From the human T2T-CHM13v2.0 reference genome, Homo sapiens, in the NCBI RefSeq assembly GCF_009914755.1, contig NC_060934.1: a DNA stretch of 64,000 bases. One strand, given 5' to 3'. Below are positions 13,754-28,620 of the stretch, in pieces. Made by a program: the position numbers and the translations under genes. Position 1 is the stretch's first letter. Every line of letters starts with the position of its first letter. Under the pieces are notes generated by a model. It saw nothing but the letters and a program-made list of their open reading frames with translations, was not told where the DNA came from and searched no databases.

Positions 13754-14312
13754 TAAAAGAGAACAGGCTGTTAAAGCAGGAACAGAGTTGGAGGAGCTGG
13801 GTGATGTAGATTAATATTTGGGCCTAGAATAGCAAGGTAAATTGGCCATGGGAGTAAAGCCGTTTTCATAGAGCTTTGTCAACTCTCTCCTACTTGGGGA
13901 GCTCTAGTTCCTGAAGACCCTTTAGTTAGAGTCTTAAGAAAAGTAGCTAGGTCAAATGAAAAAGATTTTTTTTCCTTAAAGTATTTGCATTGGGTGTTTT
14001 TGGAGACCTGTCTTCCTAACAGTCCAAGTTAAAATCTAATTGTACTTGGCTGGGGCTAGAGATTGGAAGTAGCTTTTAAGGTCAGATACCACTTTAAAAT
14101 TTATTTGTATAATTCACTTCAGTGAAAAAATAAGCTCTCAGCAATTAGTAGCCAACCTAGATATGTTCTTTTGAATACAGGCTCCTTATAAATAAGCACC
14201 TCCTGTACAAGGCTTAATTTTAAATAGTTGCCCTGAGATTCCTTTCTTAAATTTGAGTTTTGAGTCTCTTCCATTAGGGAAGCTACTACGTCTTCCCCAG
14301 TTTTTATTATAG

Positions 14313-14534
<222 letters not shown>

Positions 14535-15843
14535 TAACTAATTTTATTAATATTTATGCACTGTGGATATAAAGGGACTATATATAGAAGTCCCTGCATT
14601 TTGTGGGAATATGCTTGGAAAAAGTGTTAGAATAAGAAAAAGTATTTCATTTTTCTCCCTCATGGTTAGTTTATACAGGTTAGAGATACCCATGTTATTA
14701 CCAGATAGTGTTTCTAGTAAGTAAAAATTAGTGCCTGAGATAACATAGAACTGGTAGGTATTGTTGGAAGCTAGGGTAGTCTGGTCTTTCTTTGGCTGTC
14801 AGATACATGTAAAACAAAGTAATGAAAGCCTAGGGCAGAGTGGTGGTTGTAGGTGTTTTATTCCAGTTTTGAACATGTTTTGGTCAATTTATTGTAGACA
14901 TTTATTATATTTCAGGTAAATTATAAAATTGTATAGTTTTAAGTACTGAAGTATATAAAAGTGTCTTATTCTTGCACCAGTTCTACCAAACCACTCTGCA
15001 GAGGTAGCGCTGTTAGTTTTATTTGTAATCTTACACTTGTATGTATGTTCACTTTGTATGTATATAAAGATTTTTTTTTTTACACAAGGTGGACTTATTT
15101 GCATATGTATATATACATATTTTCCCTTTTTTGTGTAAAACATTATCAAGACGTAGATCTACCTATGTCTATTTACATTTTTGATATAATTAAACCACTT
15201 CCATATTGATGAACATTTAAATTATTTTCCAACTTGGTTATTGTTGCTCTTATTAACAGTACTGCACTGAATGTCCTTATAGATATTTATCTTCGTATGC
15301 AACTTTATAGGATAAATTTTTAGAATGGGAATGATGGATTGAAGATGTTTATTTACATTTTGATAGATATTGCCGGTTGCCCCCTAAAAAACTTGTAGCA
15401 ATTTACTCTTAAATACTCATGGTGTGTAATACTTATTGTTTTAGTACATCATTGCCAAAACTTGGTTTTATCAATCTGTTAACTATGTGAAAAAGGCATA
15501 TTAAGATTGTTTTAATTTTATATTTCATGACAATTTAACACTTCATATTTAGCTATTATAAACCGCCTATATTTTCGTTAGGATACGTTCTTTAACAATC
15601 TTGCATGACTTTTGGACTTTCTGCTTTTATGTCTTGCTTAAGTCTTCCTCACTCAAAGATCGAATGTATTAGAATAATACATGTCAGTATTTTTCTGGTA
15701 GTTTTAGTAAGTCCTGTCTTCCACACATACTTTTTTTGTCTTAAATTCTGTATTAAGATTTATTTTGACTTAAAAACTGGGATACAGATTCTGCTTTATC
15801 TTTTTCCAAATGGCTAGCCAGTTGTTCTAACTGGTTTTATGTA

Positions 15844-16186
15844 CAGGCAACAATGGTTTTACTTACAATTTTTCAGTTTTACAATGAAGCAGAAATGATG
15901 CACATTCACTAGAAACCATACTTCATTTACCCATACAACCATTCTGTTTTTTCACTTTCAGTACAGTATTCAATAAATAATGAGGTATTCAACACTTCCA
16001 ACTATATGCTAATGTAAGTGTTTTGAGCACAATTAAGGTGGGCTACGCTTAGCTACGTTTGGTAGGTTAGGTGTGTTCAATGCATTTCGACAAGGTATTT
16101 TCAGCTTAGAATGAGTTTAACCAGATGGATCATCCGTTTTGTTTTGTTTTTTGAACACCACTTGTCCCTCTAAGATGGAGCATCTG
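15844..16186 (-). mobile_element. MER47A-like Tigger MITE in intron 4
   Basis: CAG...CTG termini flanked by TA on both sides; internal CCATACAACCATTCTGTTTTTTCACTTTCAGTACAGTATTCAATAAAT matches my recall of MER47A. Confidence 0.75.
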
Positions 16187-16734
16187 TATTACTTTCCAAT
16201 TTCAAACTGTAAGTCATTTTTCTGTGTACTTTGTTTTTGTAATATCCATGCTACTTCAGATGTCAATGACATTGTCTTTGGCAACAAATGTCTTGTAAAG
16301 CACTTTTCTCTGAACTAAGCAGCATTTTATGATAATTTTATCCATTGAAATATATAATCATAATATCTTTGCCATCACTTTTAGAATCTAATTTTTTCAA
16401 GAAGGAAATGAATATGTAAAAATGAAAGATAGAAAAGGCCAACTGTATTGAAGATACAAAATAGAGTTGGTAGCGGTATATAGAAGAAAAATCAAGAGGC
16501 TTCTGTGTAGAAAACCAATTTGTAATTTAAGGATCGGGGACCAAAAATGTTTAAAGACTAAATGTGTTCACATTACTATAGATATGTCTATAAGGTGAAG
16601 ATTCTTTTCTTAGGTATACAAATGTGATGTTGTATATAAATGGGCTTCCCACCCACAAATGCTTATTAGCCTAAAATGGCCTGAAAGCTCTAGTAATTAA
16701 ATTATTTCTCTGCGTCCTAATTTTTTGTCTTTGA

Positions 16735-16998
<264 letters not shown>

Positions 16999-17829
16999 TG
17001 AATGTGTGTGATTGCTAGATTATTTTCTGTATTTGTGAAAGTCAAGAAATAACTCAATAAAAGATATCTACTCTGTGGCAGTATCAATTTATTGCCTCTC
17101 AGCTCCAAATTCATTGCATGCTATGTGAAAATGGAACTGAAGCCTTTAAGTATTTTTTCTTTACCAGCTGCTATGTTGTTAAGGTAGAGGGTACTAGAGG
17201 GACATGGCAGGAGGAAGGAGTTTTCCTAGCTACAGTTTTTACATTTTCATTATTTTTTACTTTATTTATTTACATCATTCCCATCCTTTGTTGTACTTTA
17301 ATTCTTTATATTAAACTCTCCCCATTCAAATCACCACCTTGGTTTCTGTCTCCTGACTGAACCCTCCCTGATTATAGTCAGATTGATTCAAAGACAGGTT
17401 TTGTTCCTTAAGGTATATTATTTCTGATACATTTAGGAATTGCTAACTATAATTTATGTTTGATCTGTGTTATATTGCTGACTTGGCATTTAGTGTTTCT
17501 GAAGGAAAGGGAACATTGTATAATAAAGGATTATTGAAAGGCTGTCTTCTGTGGAGTTGTCTACCCTTGACCCAAAGACTGTCTCCAGATCAAAACTAGT
17601 AACAGTGCTCATCTGATTAGATGTCTTGGCTGCTTGTTAGTCTTTATCATTTTTTTACATGGCTATATAAATAAACTAAGATTATTTTGTTTTCTTTGTC
17701 TTAAACAAATGCTATTGACCTCATTAGCTTTGTTCTAACAGGCAATATTTTTACCATATGATAAATATACTAAAATGGTTGGTTAGTTCTAGATCACTAA
17801 TCTGTTATTTGACTTATTCACGTTTTTTA

Positions 17830-20250
17830 AATAATTTAAAAATCATTTTTTATCGACGCATTATTATACATATTTATGGGGTACAGTGTGGTATTTGGAT
17901 ACATGTATGCAATGTGTATTGATTAAATTGGGGTAGTTAGCATATCCATTGCCCCAAGCATTTATTATTTCTTTTTGTTGGGAACATTCAAAATTCTTTG
18001 TTTGGGCTATTTGAAAATTTACAGTAAATTATTGGTAACTGTAGTCAGCTTACAGTGCTGTAGAACACTAGAGCTTATTTTTCCTTTTGAGCTGTAATTG
18101 TATCCATAAACCAACTTATCTCTGTCTTCCTCTACTAAGCCCTGAATAACCACTATTCCACTCTATGGCCATTAGATCAACTTTTTACGTTTTCAAATAT
18201 GAGTGAAAACATGTGGTATTTATCCTTCTGTGCCTGGCTTATTTCATGGCTCATCCTTGTTGTCATAAATGACAGAATTTCATTCTTTTTTTATGGCTGA
18301 GTAGTATTCTAGTATTCCATTGCGTGCACGTATGTGTGTGTACACTACATTTTCTGTATGTGTGTATGTATACACCACATTATCTGTTGATGGAAACAGG
18401 TCGATTCTGTATCTTGACTATTGTGAATAGTGCTTCAATAAACATGGGAGTGCAGATATCTCTTTGACATAATTGATTTTATTTATTTTGGACATATACC
18501 CCCAGCAGTGGGATTGCAAAATTATATGGTAGTTCTAGTTTGTAGTTTTTTGAGCATCCTCTAAACAGTTTTTCATAATGGCTCTACTAATTTAAGAGCC
18601 CACCAACAGTGCGTAAAAAGTTGCCCTTTCTCTGCATCCTTATCAGCACTTATTTTTTGTCTTTTGATGATAATTACTCTAACTGGGTGTGATAGCTCAT
18701 TGTGGTTTTGATTTGCATTTCCCTGATGAATAGTGATGTTGAGCACTTTTTCATATACTTGCTGGTCTTTGTATGTCTTTTGAGAAAGTTTTATTCAGAT
18801 TGTTTGACCATTTTTAAAATTGGATTCTTACTATTTTTTTTATTCTGGATGTTAATTCTTTGTTGTATGAATGATTTGCAAATAATTTCTCCCATTCTGC
18901 AGATTGTTGCATTATTCTGTTATTCTGTTCATTCTGTTTCTTTTGCTGTGCAGAAGCTTTTTAGTTCGATATAATCCTGTTTGTCTATTTGTTATTGCTG
19001 AGACAGGGTCTTTCTCTGTCACCCATGCTGGAATGCAGTGGCGTGAACAGGGCTCACTGCAACCTCAACCTCCTGGGCTCCAGTGATCCTTCCACGTCAG
19101 CCTCCTGAGTAATTGGGCCCATACACAGGCATGCACCACCATGCTAGGCTGATTTTTAAATTTTTTAGAGACGGGGCTGTCAGCATATTTCCCAGACTGT
19201 TCTCGAACTCCTGGGCTCATGCAATCCTCCCGCTTTGGCCTCCCAAAGTGTTGGGATTATAGGCATGAGCTGCTGCACCTGGCCTCATTTGTCTATTTTT
19301 GATTTTGTTTCTTGAGCTTTTGAGGTCTTATCCATATGATTTTTGTCCAGATCAATATCAATAACAGTGTTTCCTCTGTTTTCTTCCAATAGTTTCATAG
19401 TTTAAGGTCTTATTTAATCCATTTTGAGTTGATTTTTGTGTATGGTTAGATATAGGGGTTTAGTTTCATTGTTCTGCATGTGGATTATCCAGTTTTTCCA
19501 GCACCATTTATTGAAGAGATTGGCTTTTCCCTAGTGAATGTTCTTGTCATCTTTCTCAAAAATGAGTTGACTGTAAATACATGGATTTATTTCTGGATTC
19601 TCTATTTTGTTCTGTTGGTCTCTGCGTCCTTTTTTATACTAATATCATGATGTTTCGGTTACTATAGCTTTGTAATACATTTTTGAAGTCAGGTGATACG
19701 ATGCCTTCAGCTTTGTTGTTTTTGCTCAAGATTGGTTTAGCTATTGTGGGTCTTTTTTGGTTCTATATGAATTTTAGGATTTCTTTTTATTTCTGTGAAG
19801 AATGTCCTTGGTATTTTGATGGAGATTGCACTGAATTTGTAGATTGCATTGGGTGGTAATATGGTCATTTTTATATTAATTCTTCCAGTTCATGAACATG
19901 GGATGTCTTTTTTGTATCTTCCTAAATTTTTTTCTTCAATGTTTTATAGTTTTTAGTGTAGAGATTATACATCTCATTTGTTAAATTTATTCCTAGGTTT
20001 TTTGTACCTATTGTACATTAGATTGCTTTCTTGATGTTATTTTTCAGCTAGTTATTGGTGTATAGAAACTATTAATTTTTGTATGCTGATTTTGATTTTG
20101 TATACTGCAACTTTGTTAATCAGTTCTAAGAGTTTTTGGTGGAGTCTTTTAAGTTTTTCTATATATAAGATCATCTCTGCACACAGGGACAATTTGACTT
20201 CTTCCTTGGCAATTTGGATGCCCTTTATTTCTTTCTCATGTTTCTTATTC
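17830..20250 (-). mobile_element. L1MA-type LINE 3' portion in intron 5 (interrupted by an Alu)
   Basis: L1 3' UTR and ORF2 remnants (KEIKGIQIAKEEVKLSL in ORF 20052..20252). Confidence 0.88.
18999..19284 (-). mobile_element. AluJ-like SINE in intron 5, antisense
   Basis: Antisense dimer inserted in L1; TTTGTCTATTT on both flanks. Confidence 0.9.
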
Positions 20251-20627
20251 ATGTTATAATGGTACTGTTAGTACCATCTTAGCAAGTAAGCAGTACCTGC
20301 ACTTTGTTCAGTGTCACCCCAAATCTATTATCAATGGGTTTGGTTTTTCAGTGGGGGGAAGATAAGGCTGTATAACTGTCTTGATCTTTAGTGATTTGAA
20401 AAGCAAAAAAATATTTATTATGCTTTTATCTGTTTTGTCTTCTAATGAATAGAACTTAGAAATGAAATATTTATCTTCAATTTTGTGTACCTTTAATTGA
20501 CTTAAACAATATTATTGGTGGCAGTCATACAACCTTTAAAGGACAGCCCTAATAAAAATATAAATGTTTAAGTGTAGGTAATTTTATGCACCACATTTAT
20601 TCATTGTAAAAATTTGCTTTTTAATAG

Positions 20628-20792
<165 letters not shown>

Positions 20793-20859
20793 TAGCTATT
20801 AAAAACTGAGATAATAAAGGTAACATATATGTAACAATGAGATTACATTTATGCTTTAA

Positions 20860-21105
<246 letters not shown>

Positions 21106-21589
21106 TAGGAAGAACACTAACATTTTTGAGCTAGGTGTCTGTTATGTACATTGTATTATACTAGCTTCATTTTAGATATCAGGAGGCACTAGTGGCTTTG
21201 AGAGGAGGATTTAGCATTAGTTTTTGTTTTTTATCTGACAGGTAGCTATGGATATTCTGAGGGAGAAGCCAGGATTAATACACATTTTTTTTTTTAAGTT
21301 GCTGAATTGTAGTGGCTCTCCTTTCTAGCATTTTTGTCACTATTGAGCCCTCTTAGTTTATGCTAGACGTGTTTTTCTTATTGGTTGATATTTTAAATTA
21401 TTAAAGCCATCTTCTGAATAAGCTTTATTCGCACTTTGTACCTAGTTTCTCCATCAGAAGGATCTATTGCTATACCATTGTATACATTTTCTCATTGGTC
21501 TTCGGGTTACTTTCAGAGTGTAAAGACTCCTTATGCCACAAAATTAAGCTTAGATTTCCCCCAAATCAAATACTATAAATCAGATTCCT

Positions 21590-21802
21590 TAGTCTAGCCA
21601 CAATTGACATATCTTGGAGTGGATAAATCTTTGTTGCTGGCATTGTTCTGTGCATCATAACTTGTTTAGTGGCATGTCATCACTGTCTTCTACTCTCTAG
21701 ATGCCATTAGTATACTCTTCACAGTTAGGACAACCAAAAGTGTCTCCAGATATTGCCAAATGTCTCCTGATGGGCAAAGTCTATCCCAGTTGCGAACCAT
21801 TA
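21590..21802 (+). mobile_element. MER20 (hAT-Charlie) in intron 7
   Basis: CTAGATGCCA...ACAACCAAAAGTGTCTCCAGATATTGCCAAATGTC hallmark. Confidence 0.8.
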
Positions 21803-21819
21803 TTGTAAATTAAACTTGG

Positions 21820-22010
21820 TTTCAAATTTGAGCTTTATTCCTTAGCTCTGGGAACTTGGGCAAGTTACTTCCCTTCGAGCCTCAATGTCCTCATTTGTAA
21901 AATGACATTAATACCTACTTTTAGCTGTGGGAATTGAGTACCATGATTTATACAAAGCAGTTTGTATGGTGCTGGTTACATGAGAGTTCAGATGGTAACT
22001 AGTTAGTAAA
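21820..22010 (+). mobile_element. MIR SINE in intron 7
   Basis: TTGGGCAAGTTACTT...GAGCCTCAATGTCCTCATTTGTAAAATG core. Confidence 0.75.
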
Positions 22011-22584
22011 AAATCTCTAGTGTGCTTGTTGATTTTATTTTATTTTAGTATTTCTTAAAGATCAAATTTAACATCAATCCTAAACTTTATTTAGCTTTTT
22101 CTGGCGCGTAAACTAACATACTAAGTTGTGTGACTATAATTCATTTAGTGACTCATTTTTAGCTATTTTTATAACACATTGTGCTATGGGGGGTTTTGGA
22201 ACTTGCTGGAAGCTACATCAGAAACTGCCATAGTTAATTGCCATTTCAAGAATGTTGTAAATAACTCAGGTGGCCGTTTAATTCTCAATGTAAATATAAT
22301 TAACTAGACGTCTTTCCTATATTTGTGTCTCAGTTTTAAAGCTATTTCTGGATGCTTGAGTCTTACCGTAATTGATAACAAAAAGAGGTTATTGAGAATA
22401 TCTATGATTTACAGAGTAAGTTATTCTAGACCTCAAGAGTGAAATGTAGGGGAGGAGACATTTGTGTGTTAAACTAATGGAAATGCTCATTTAATAGATA
22501 TTCACTGAAAGTATTAGTTTTGGTTTATTGCTAGAAAAGTTGAGGTTTTATGGAGATTTTTGTAAAAAATGGTTTATTTCCTAA

Positions 22585-22713
<129 letters not shown>

Positions 22714-22938
22714 CTTTCTGACAAAAAGTTTCCATATGTTATATCAACAGATAGTTGTGTTTTTATTGTTAACTCTTGTCTATTTTTGTCTTATATATAT
22801 TTCTTTGTTATCAAACTTCAGCTGTACTTCGTCTTCTAATTTCAAAAATATAACTTAAAAATGTAAATATTCTATATGAATTTAAATATAATTCTGTAAA
22901 TGTGTGTAGGTCTCACTGTAACAACTATTTGTTACTAT

Positions 22939-22944
22939 AATAAA
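22939..22944 (+). terminator. Proximal poly(A) signal AATAAA in CDK1 3' UTR
   Basis: Canonical hexamer about 225 nt after the stop, with several upstream TGTA motifs. Confidence 0.65.
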
Positions 22945-23569
22945 ACTATAATATTGATGTCAGGAATCAGGAAAAAATTTGAGTTGGCTTAAATCATCTC
23001 AGTCCTTATGGCAGTTTTATTTTCCTGTAGTTGGAACTACTAAAATTTAGGAAAATGCTAAGTTCAAGTTTCGTAATGCTTTGAAGTATTTTTATGCTCT
23101 GAATGTTTAAATGTTCTCATCAGTTTCTTGCCATGTTGTTAACTATACAACCTGGCTAAAGATGAATATTTTTCTACTGGTATTTTAATTTTTGACCTAA
23201 ATGTTTAAGCATTCGGAATGAGAAAACTATACAGATTTGAGAAATGATGCTAAATTTATAGGAGTTTTCAGTAACTTAAAAAGCTAACATGAGAGCATGC
23301 CAAAATTTGCTAAGTCTTACAAAGATCAAGGGCTGTCCGCAACAGGGAAGAACAGTTTTGAAAATTTATGAACTATCTTATTTTTAGGTAGGTTTTGAAA
23401 GCTTTTTGTCTAAGTGAATTCTTATGCCTTGGTCAGAGTAATAACTGAAGGAGTTGCTTATCTTGGCTTTCGAGTCTGAGTTTAAAACTACACATTTTGA
23501 CATAGTGTTTATTAGCAGCCATCTAAAAAGGCTCTAATGTATATTTAACTAAAATTACTAGCTTTGGGA

Positions 23570-23575
23570 ATTAAA
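23570..23575 (+). terminator. Distal poly(A) signal ATTAAA of CDK1
   Basis: Variant hexamer with upstream TGTA and downstream TG/T-rich sequence; consistent with a roughly 1.9-kb mRNA. Confidence 0.7.
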
Positions 23576-25586
23576 CTGTTTAACAAATAATGCTGCTCAT
23601 TGTGATTCTTACCTATAAGCAGCCTAATTTGAATTATTTGCTGCAATCAAGAGAAGTGTACAATAGTTTTATTACTTTTTTAGTGTACTTCTATCCTTTT
23701 TCCAACTATATCTCCTCTATTTTTCCTCCTCGTTAACAGGCTAGAATGTGCATTCCTGGGTTACCGATTTTTACACTCAATTGGATGTGTAATGAGGGAT
23801 CTATCTAATCCATCTTGTCTTGGAAATTTTGCACTCTAGAAGAAAGTGTGTCACTTTCTTCAGCAGCGAGACCTTTTAAGATTGGTGGTTTGGTTGTCCT
23901 GTTCTGTGGTCTTTGGTGGAAGCCAGTTTGTTGTAAGAGAATGTAGAGCTTATTAATGTAAGTCATTTGGGGTTATATTGTGGAGGGTTGTTTAGGATTG
24001 CATGGCAGGAATTGGGTAAATGAAAGGTAACACTAAAGATTGGAGATGGTATAATGGCATATCTACAGGTCTGTGTTTCCTTATCTGCGAAGTGAGACAT
24101 TGAAATAGATCTGTTTTGCAAATTGTGGATTGCAACCCTTTAGTGATTTACGACCAGCATTAATCACTAACCCCTTTCCTACCCCAGTGTAAAACAGAAA
24201 CTATCAGTGTATCCTATATAATTATTTACTTATTTATTTTTTCAGTAATATATAGATACATGGGTGATACAAATGTTTGGGGCCTTGTAGATAATGTAGA
24301 AACAGCATGCAACCTCACCGCTCTTGCTCCACGGAGTCCAAGTGTCTGAAAAGTTGATAATACATCAAATTAGAACTGACTTGGTAGACCAGGGAAATGA
24401 GATAGCTGGTAGGACACTGTCATCACTTGCTATAATGAGTGACCTACTTTTGATCCTATGTCAACTTCAGTGACTAGGTGAAAAGCTACTGAATTGTGTC
24501 CTCATCTCAAATGTATTTTTAAATTAGTTTGTGCTGTGGTACTTCTGATTAATTTTAAAATGGAGCTTGTCTCTAGGCCAGTGACCCTTAAGTCTGTTAT
24601 GTGCTAGAAACACCCAGAAGCTAATTCTGGCACTACTGTGAATTCAGATTTTGAAAATTGGGAAATGTATCCCAATAATGCATTTTTTCAGAAGCTTGCC
24701 AAGCTGATTTAGATGAATTCCATTGTCATCAGTAGTGGTGAGTTTGACCATTAGGGGCCTATATCTGGTTTTAGTTGTCTTAAAACTTAATGACATCATG
24801 CAATATTTTTAAAGTTACTCTATTTCTCTTTGAGTTTGTACTCTTTAGTGGAGGGGAAAAAGCTGCATATTTCATACGTATACCAGTATAGGCTTCATAT
24901 ATGTGAGCACAGCAATGAAGTCTTTACTAATTTATTTGGGCATGGCATATATAAATTAAAAGTTTTTGAAAAAATGGTATTTGAGAATTTAATAAAATGG
25001 CCCAATAAAGGGTCTTTTGGGGAGTATAGATTAACAGGGTGAAATAGTTTTTAATTATAGTAAAATATTTTAAAGCGCTTGAGGAGACTTGAAAACAGAG
25101 TTTTTTTTTTTTAAACATTAGTTCCTTTGGCAAACTGGTTCATATGTCAACTTCGGTCTCATTCATGTTTAAATAATTGCCATATTCAAACGAGTCAGTG
25201 AGTTTTCACAGGACCATAGACTCATTTTGCACTGTGGACCAAGACGTGTGTGGGATTTGGAGTGAAGAGAGTAGAGGGCATTGTTTAAATGGGTTTGGGA
25301 CAATATGGCTAGAGTGAAGCATGACTAATGGGGACAATGAAAAGATAGAGGGGTAAATTAAAGCTGAGAAGACTGAAGAGAGAGGTATTTCAGACTAAAA
25401 AATAGGGCCCAGGAGAAGGAAAAGGTGGGAAAGTGATGGTAGTGGCATGGATTGTGACTTTAGTTTGTTAGGGGTAGGAGATGAAATTTAATGGATTTGG
25501 AAGCAATAGTACACATTGTCATCTCTGTGCCATAGTATAAATTGTATGTGTCTAAGATGCCTTAAAATTTTCAAAAGAAATGTACC

Positions 25587-25702
25587 TGGGCTGGGCACAG
25601 TAGCTCATGCCTATAATCCCAGCACAGTGGGAGAATCGCTTGAGCTCAGGAGTTTGAGACCAGCCAGGGCAGCATGGCAAGACCTCATCTCTTTAAAAAA
25701 CA
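25587..25702 (+). mobile_element. FLAM/Alu monomer with internal deletion
   Basis: Alu left-arm sequence; flanks AAATGTACCT/AAAGTGTACCT. Confidence 0.8.
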
Positions 25703-25805
25703 AAGTGTACCTGAGAGTCATGGACTAAGGAACCACAAACAATAGCATTTTAGAAGCAACAGCAACATTTTAGAATCAATAGCTGCATTTTAGAATGCTG
25801 AAGAT

Positions 25806-25978
25806 CAGTGGTTTTCACACTTGGATTAAGATCTCCTGAAGAACTTGTTGAAACAGATTGCTGAACCCATTCTGGTTTTCGATTCAGTGGGTCTGTTGTG
25901 ACCTAAGAATATACTTTCCTAACAAGTTCCCAGGTAATGATGCTGGCGGTTAAGGGACCACACTTTGAGAAATCACTA
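25806..25978. mobile_element. MER5A (hAT-Charlie MITE)
   Basis: CAGTGGTTTTCA...AACAAGTTCCCAGGT...GGGACCACACTTTGAGAA. Confidence 0.8.
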
Positions 25979-26999
25979 CATAGGCAGTTCTTAGAATTAC
26001 AGAGAGCTAAACAGAGGCTCAGCCGTTTGGTCAGCTTGCCAGGTTTGTAGACAAAGCACAGAAGTACAGGAGGAGAAATCAAAGGTCAGGCTACATTTAG
26101 AGGCTGAACTGGAATCGGAACATAAATCTTTCATCATCATCCCTGAGAAGTGTGTAGTATAATGTGAAGATTCCAGGCTTCAGAGTCAGATAAGAGTGGT
26201 TCCCAGCTCCACCATTTCTGTCTGTAGTCGAACAAGTCAGTCAGCGTCTCTCCTCTATTGTGAGCACATACTTGTAGGTTTGACATGAGGGATGGAGATA
26301 GGGTTGCTGAGCATCCTGCATATATAGGACGTCCTAAATGTCCTGCATTCAGCTTTTTTCAATACATTACGAAAATTGGGCAGTTACAGCTATTGCTTTG
26401 CAACAGTAATTGGCACTTAAATCCCTTAAATCAAGAGTATAGGTAAAGTGCTTGGCATGTGATAGTATCTTTTTCCTTTGAACTCAGCCCTTTTTCCTTA
26501 TATTACCTTTTATAACTTTTTTTCTTTCATTACACATAGGCACATTCATTTTCTCCGTTACTAAAGCGTAAGTCCAGTGAGGGAAGGGGCCATGTCTTTT
26601 TCATTCTTACTGTCTTTGTCTAGTATCTTGAGCCTTCGATCTAATTCCAGTCCTTAATGTCCAAAGGTAGAGGCACCTCACCTTCAGTAATAGCTACTAA
26701 TTGCTGCTCATCCATTAGGAGCTGCCACTATGCTTTATATACATTTTCTTTTTTTTTCTTTCAACCATATCAGGGAGTGGGTGCCTTCATCTTACAGAGG
26801 TTGAAACTAAGGCTCATAGAGATTAACTTGTGGAAGGTCACAAGGCTAGTAAGTGCCAGATCATGGGATTTCAGAGCTTTCTGAGTTGAGACTGTTCTTT
26901 CTTTGCATCATATTGGTTCCCAAGGCAAATCCCTAAAGAGAATGTGTATTTAGTTTCCAAGGCTTAAGAAAGAAACAGGCAAATGCTAAAGTCAATGCA

Positions 27000-27297
27000 G
27001 GCCGGGTGCAGTGGCTCATGCCTGTAATCCCAGCACTTCTGGAGGCCCAGTCTGGTGAATCACCTAAGGTCAGGAGTTCGAGACCAGCCTGACCAACATT
27101 GTGAAACCCCGTCTTTCCTAAAAATAGAAAAATTAGCTGGGTGTGGTGGCAGGCACCTGTAGCCCCAGCTACTCAGGAGGCTGAGGCAGGAGAATCACTT
27201 GAACCCGGCAAGCAGGGGTTGCAGTGAGCCGAGATCATGCCACTGTACTCCAGCCTGGGTGACAGAGCAAGACTGTCTCAAAAAAAAAAAAAAAAAA
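27000..27297 (+). mobile_element. AluS SINE
   Basis: Full dimer with poly(A); AATGCA flanks. Confidence 0.92.
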
Positions 27298-27708
27298 TGC
27301 AATCCAGACAGGCCAAGAAGCACCAAGGTTGGGGTTGCCAAAACCAATAAAATAGGACAGGCCTACAGACCTCTCATTAGCACTGAATCTCCAGACAAAT
27401 CATCAGAAACCTGCCTCAAGGTTGAAAAAGCCAAGGTCATCAAAGTAAGATGCAGTTTTCAGTCCAGCTGGTTTTCCTATCTCATTTAGGTAGCAATATC
27501 CCCTTTTATGTGTGGAATTCTACTGCTTGTGGTCCTCATGGGGCTTTAAATGCCGGCTTTCCACTCCTTGTTCACAAGGGTGACCCAGGTGGAATCCGTC
27601 ACAATATGCCATAACCCAGCAGTAGTAAATTGGTGCAAGGCGTAGGCAAATGACCTCACAAGACACAGGGCCCTTTTTGCTATAGAAACGTTGAGAATGA
27701 AGTTTAGG

Positions 27709-27835
27709 AGACTAGGCGTGGTGGCTCACACCTGTAATCCTAGCACATTGGGAGGCCAAGGCAGGAGGATCATTTGAGCCTAGGAGTTCCAAGACCAGCC
27801 TGGGCAACATAGCAAGACCCCTTCTCTACAAAAGA
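27709..27835 (+). mobile_element. FLAM_C-like monomer
   Basis: Alu left arm. Confidence 0.8.
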
Positions 27836-28277
27836 GGAATGAAGTTCTGCCAACCTTGCTAAATTGGGATGACATGACTGGAGAGCCTCAGAAACATCCC
27901 TATTCTGGAGCTAGCTGAGACGAGAAAGATTCCTAGGAGCATGATGTCCTTGGTCTGGTCCTGAGGCCCTGGTTCCTGCAATACTGCCTTACTATTTGTG
28001 AGCTGCCCAGTATTCCTCCTAGGTGCAGGAGGGTATGTGTGTATGTGTGTGTTGTCTGAACCTACTTTCAGTTGGATTTCTGTCATTTAAACCTCAACTA
28101 ATAGTAACTAATAGTTAACGAGTAGAGTCCCAATGGATACAGCTGTCAATACGAAGACAGCAATTGGGTAAATAATTTTTAAAAACCCTCATTTTAAGAA
28201 CTCTTGTAGTTAGAAGTCATTTCATAATTAAATTTCTCAAATTCCTTCTTTAAAAGCTTTTTGTGTATCGCTCACAC

Positions 28278-28620
<343 letters not shown>

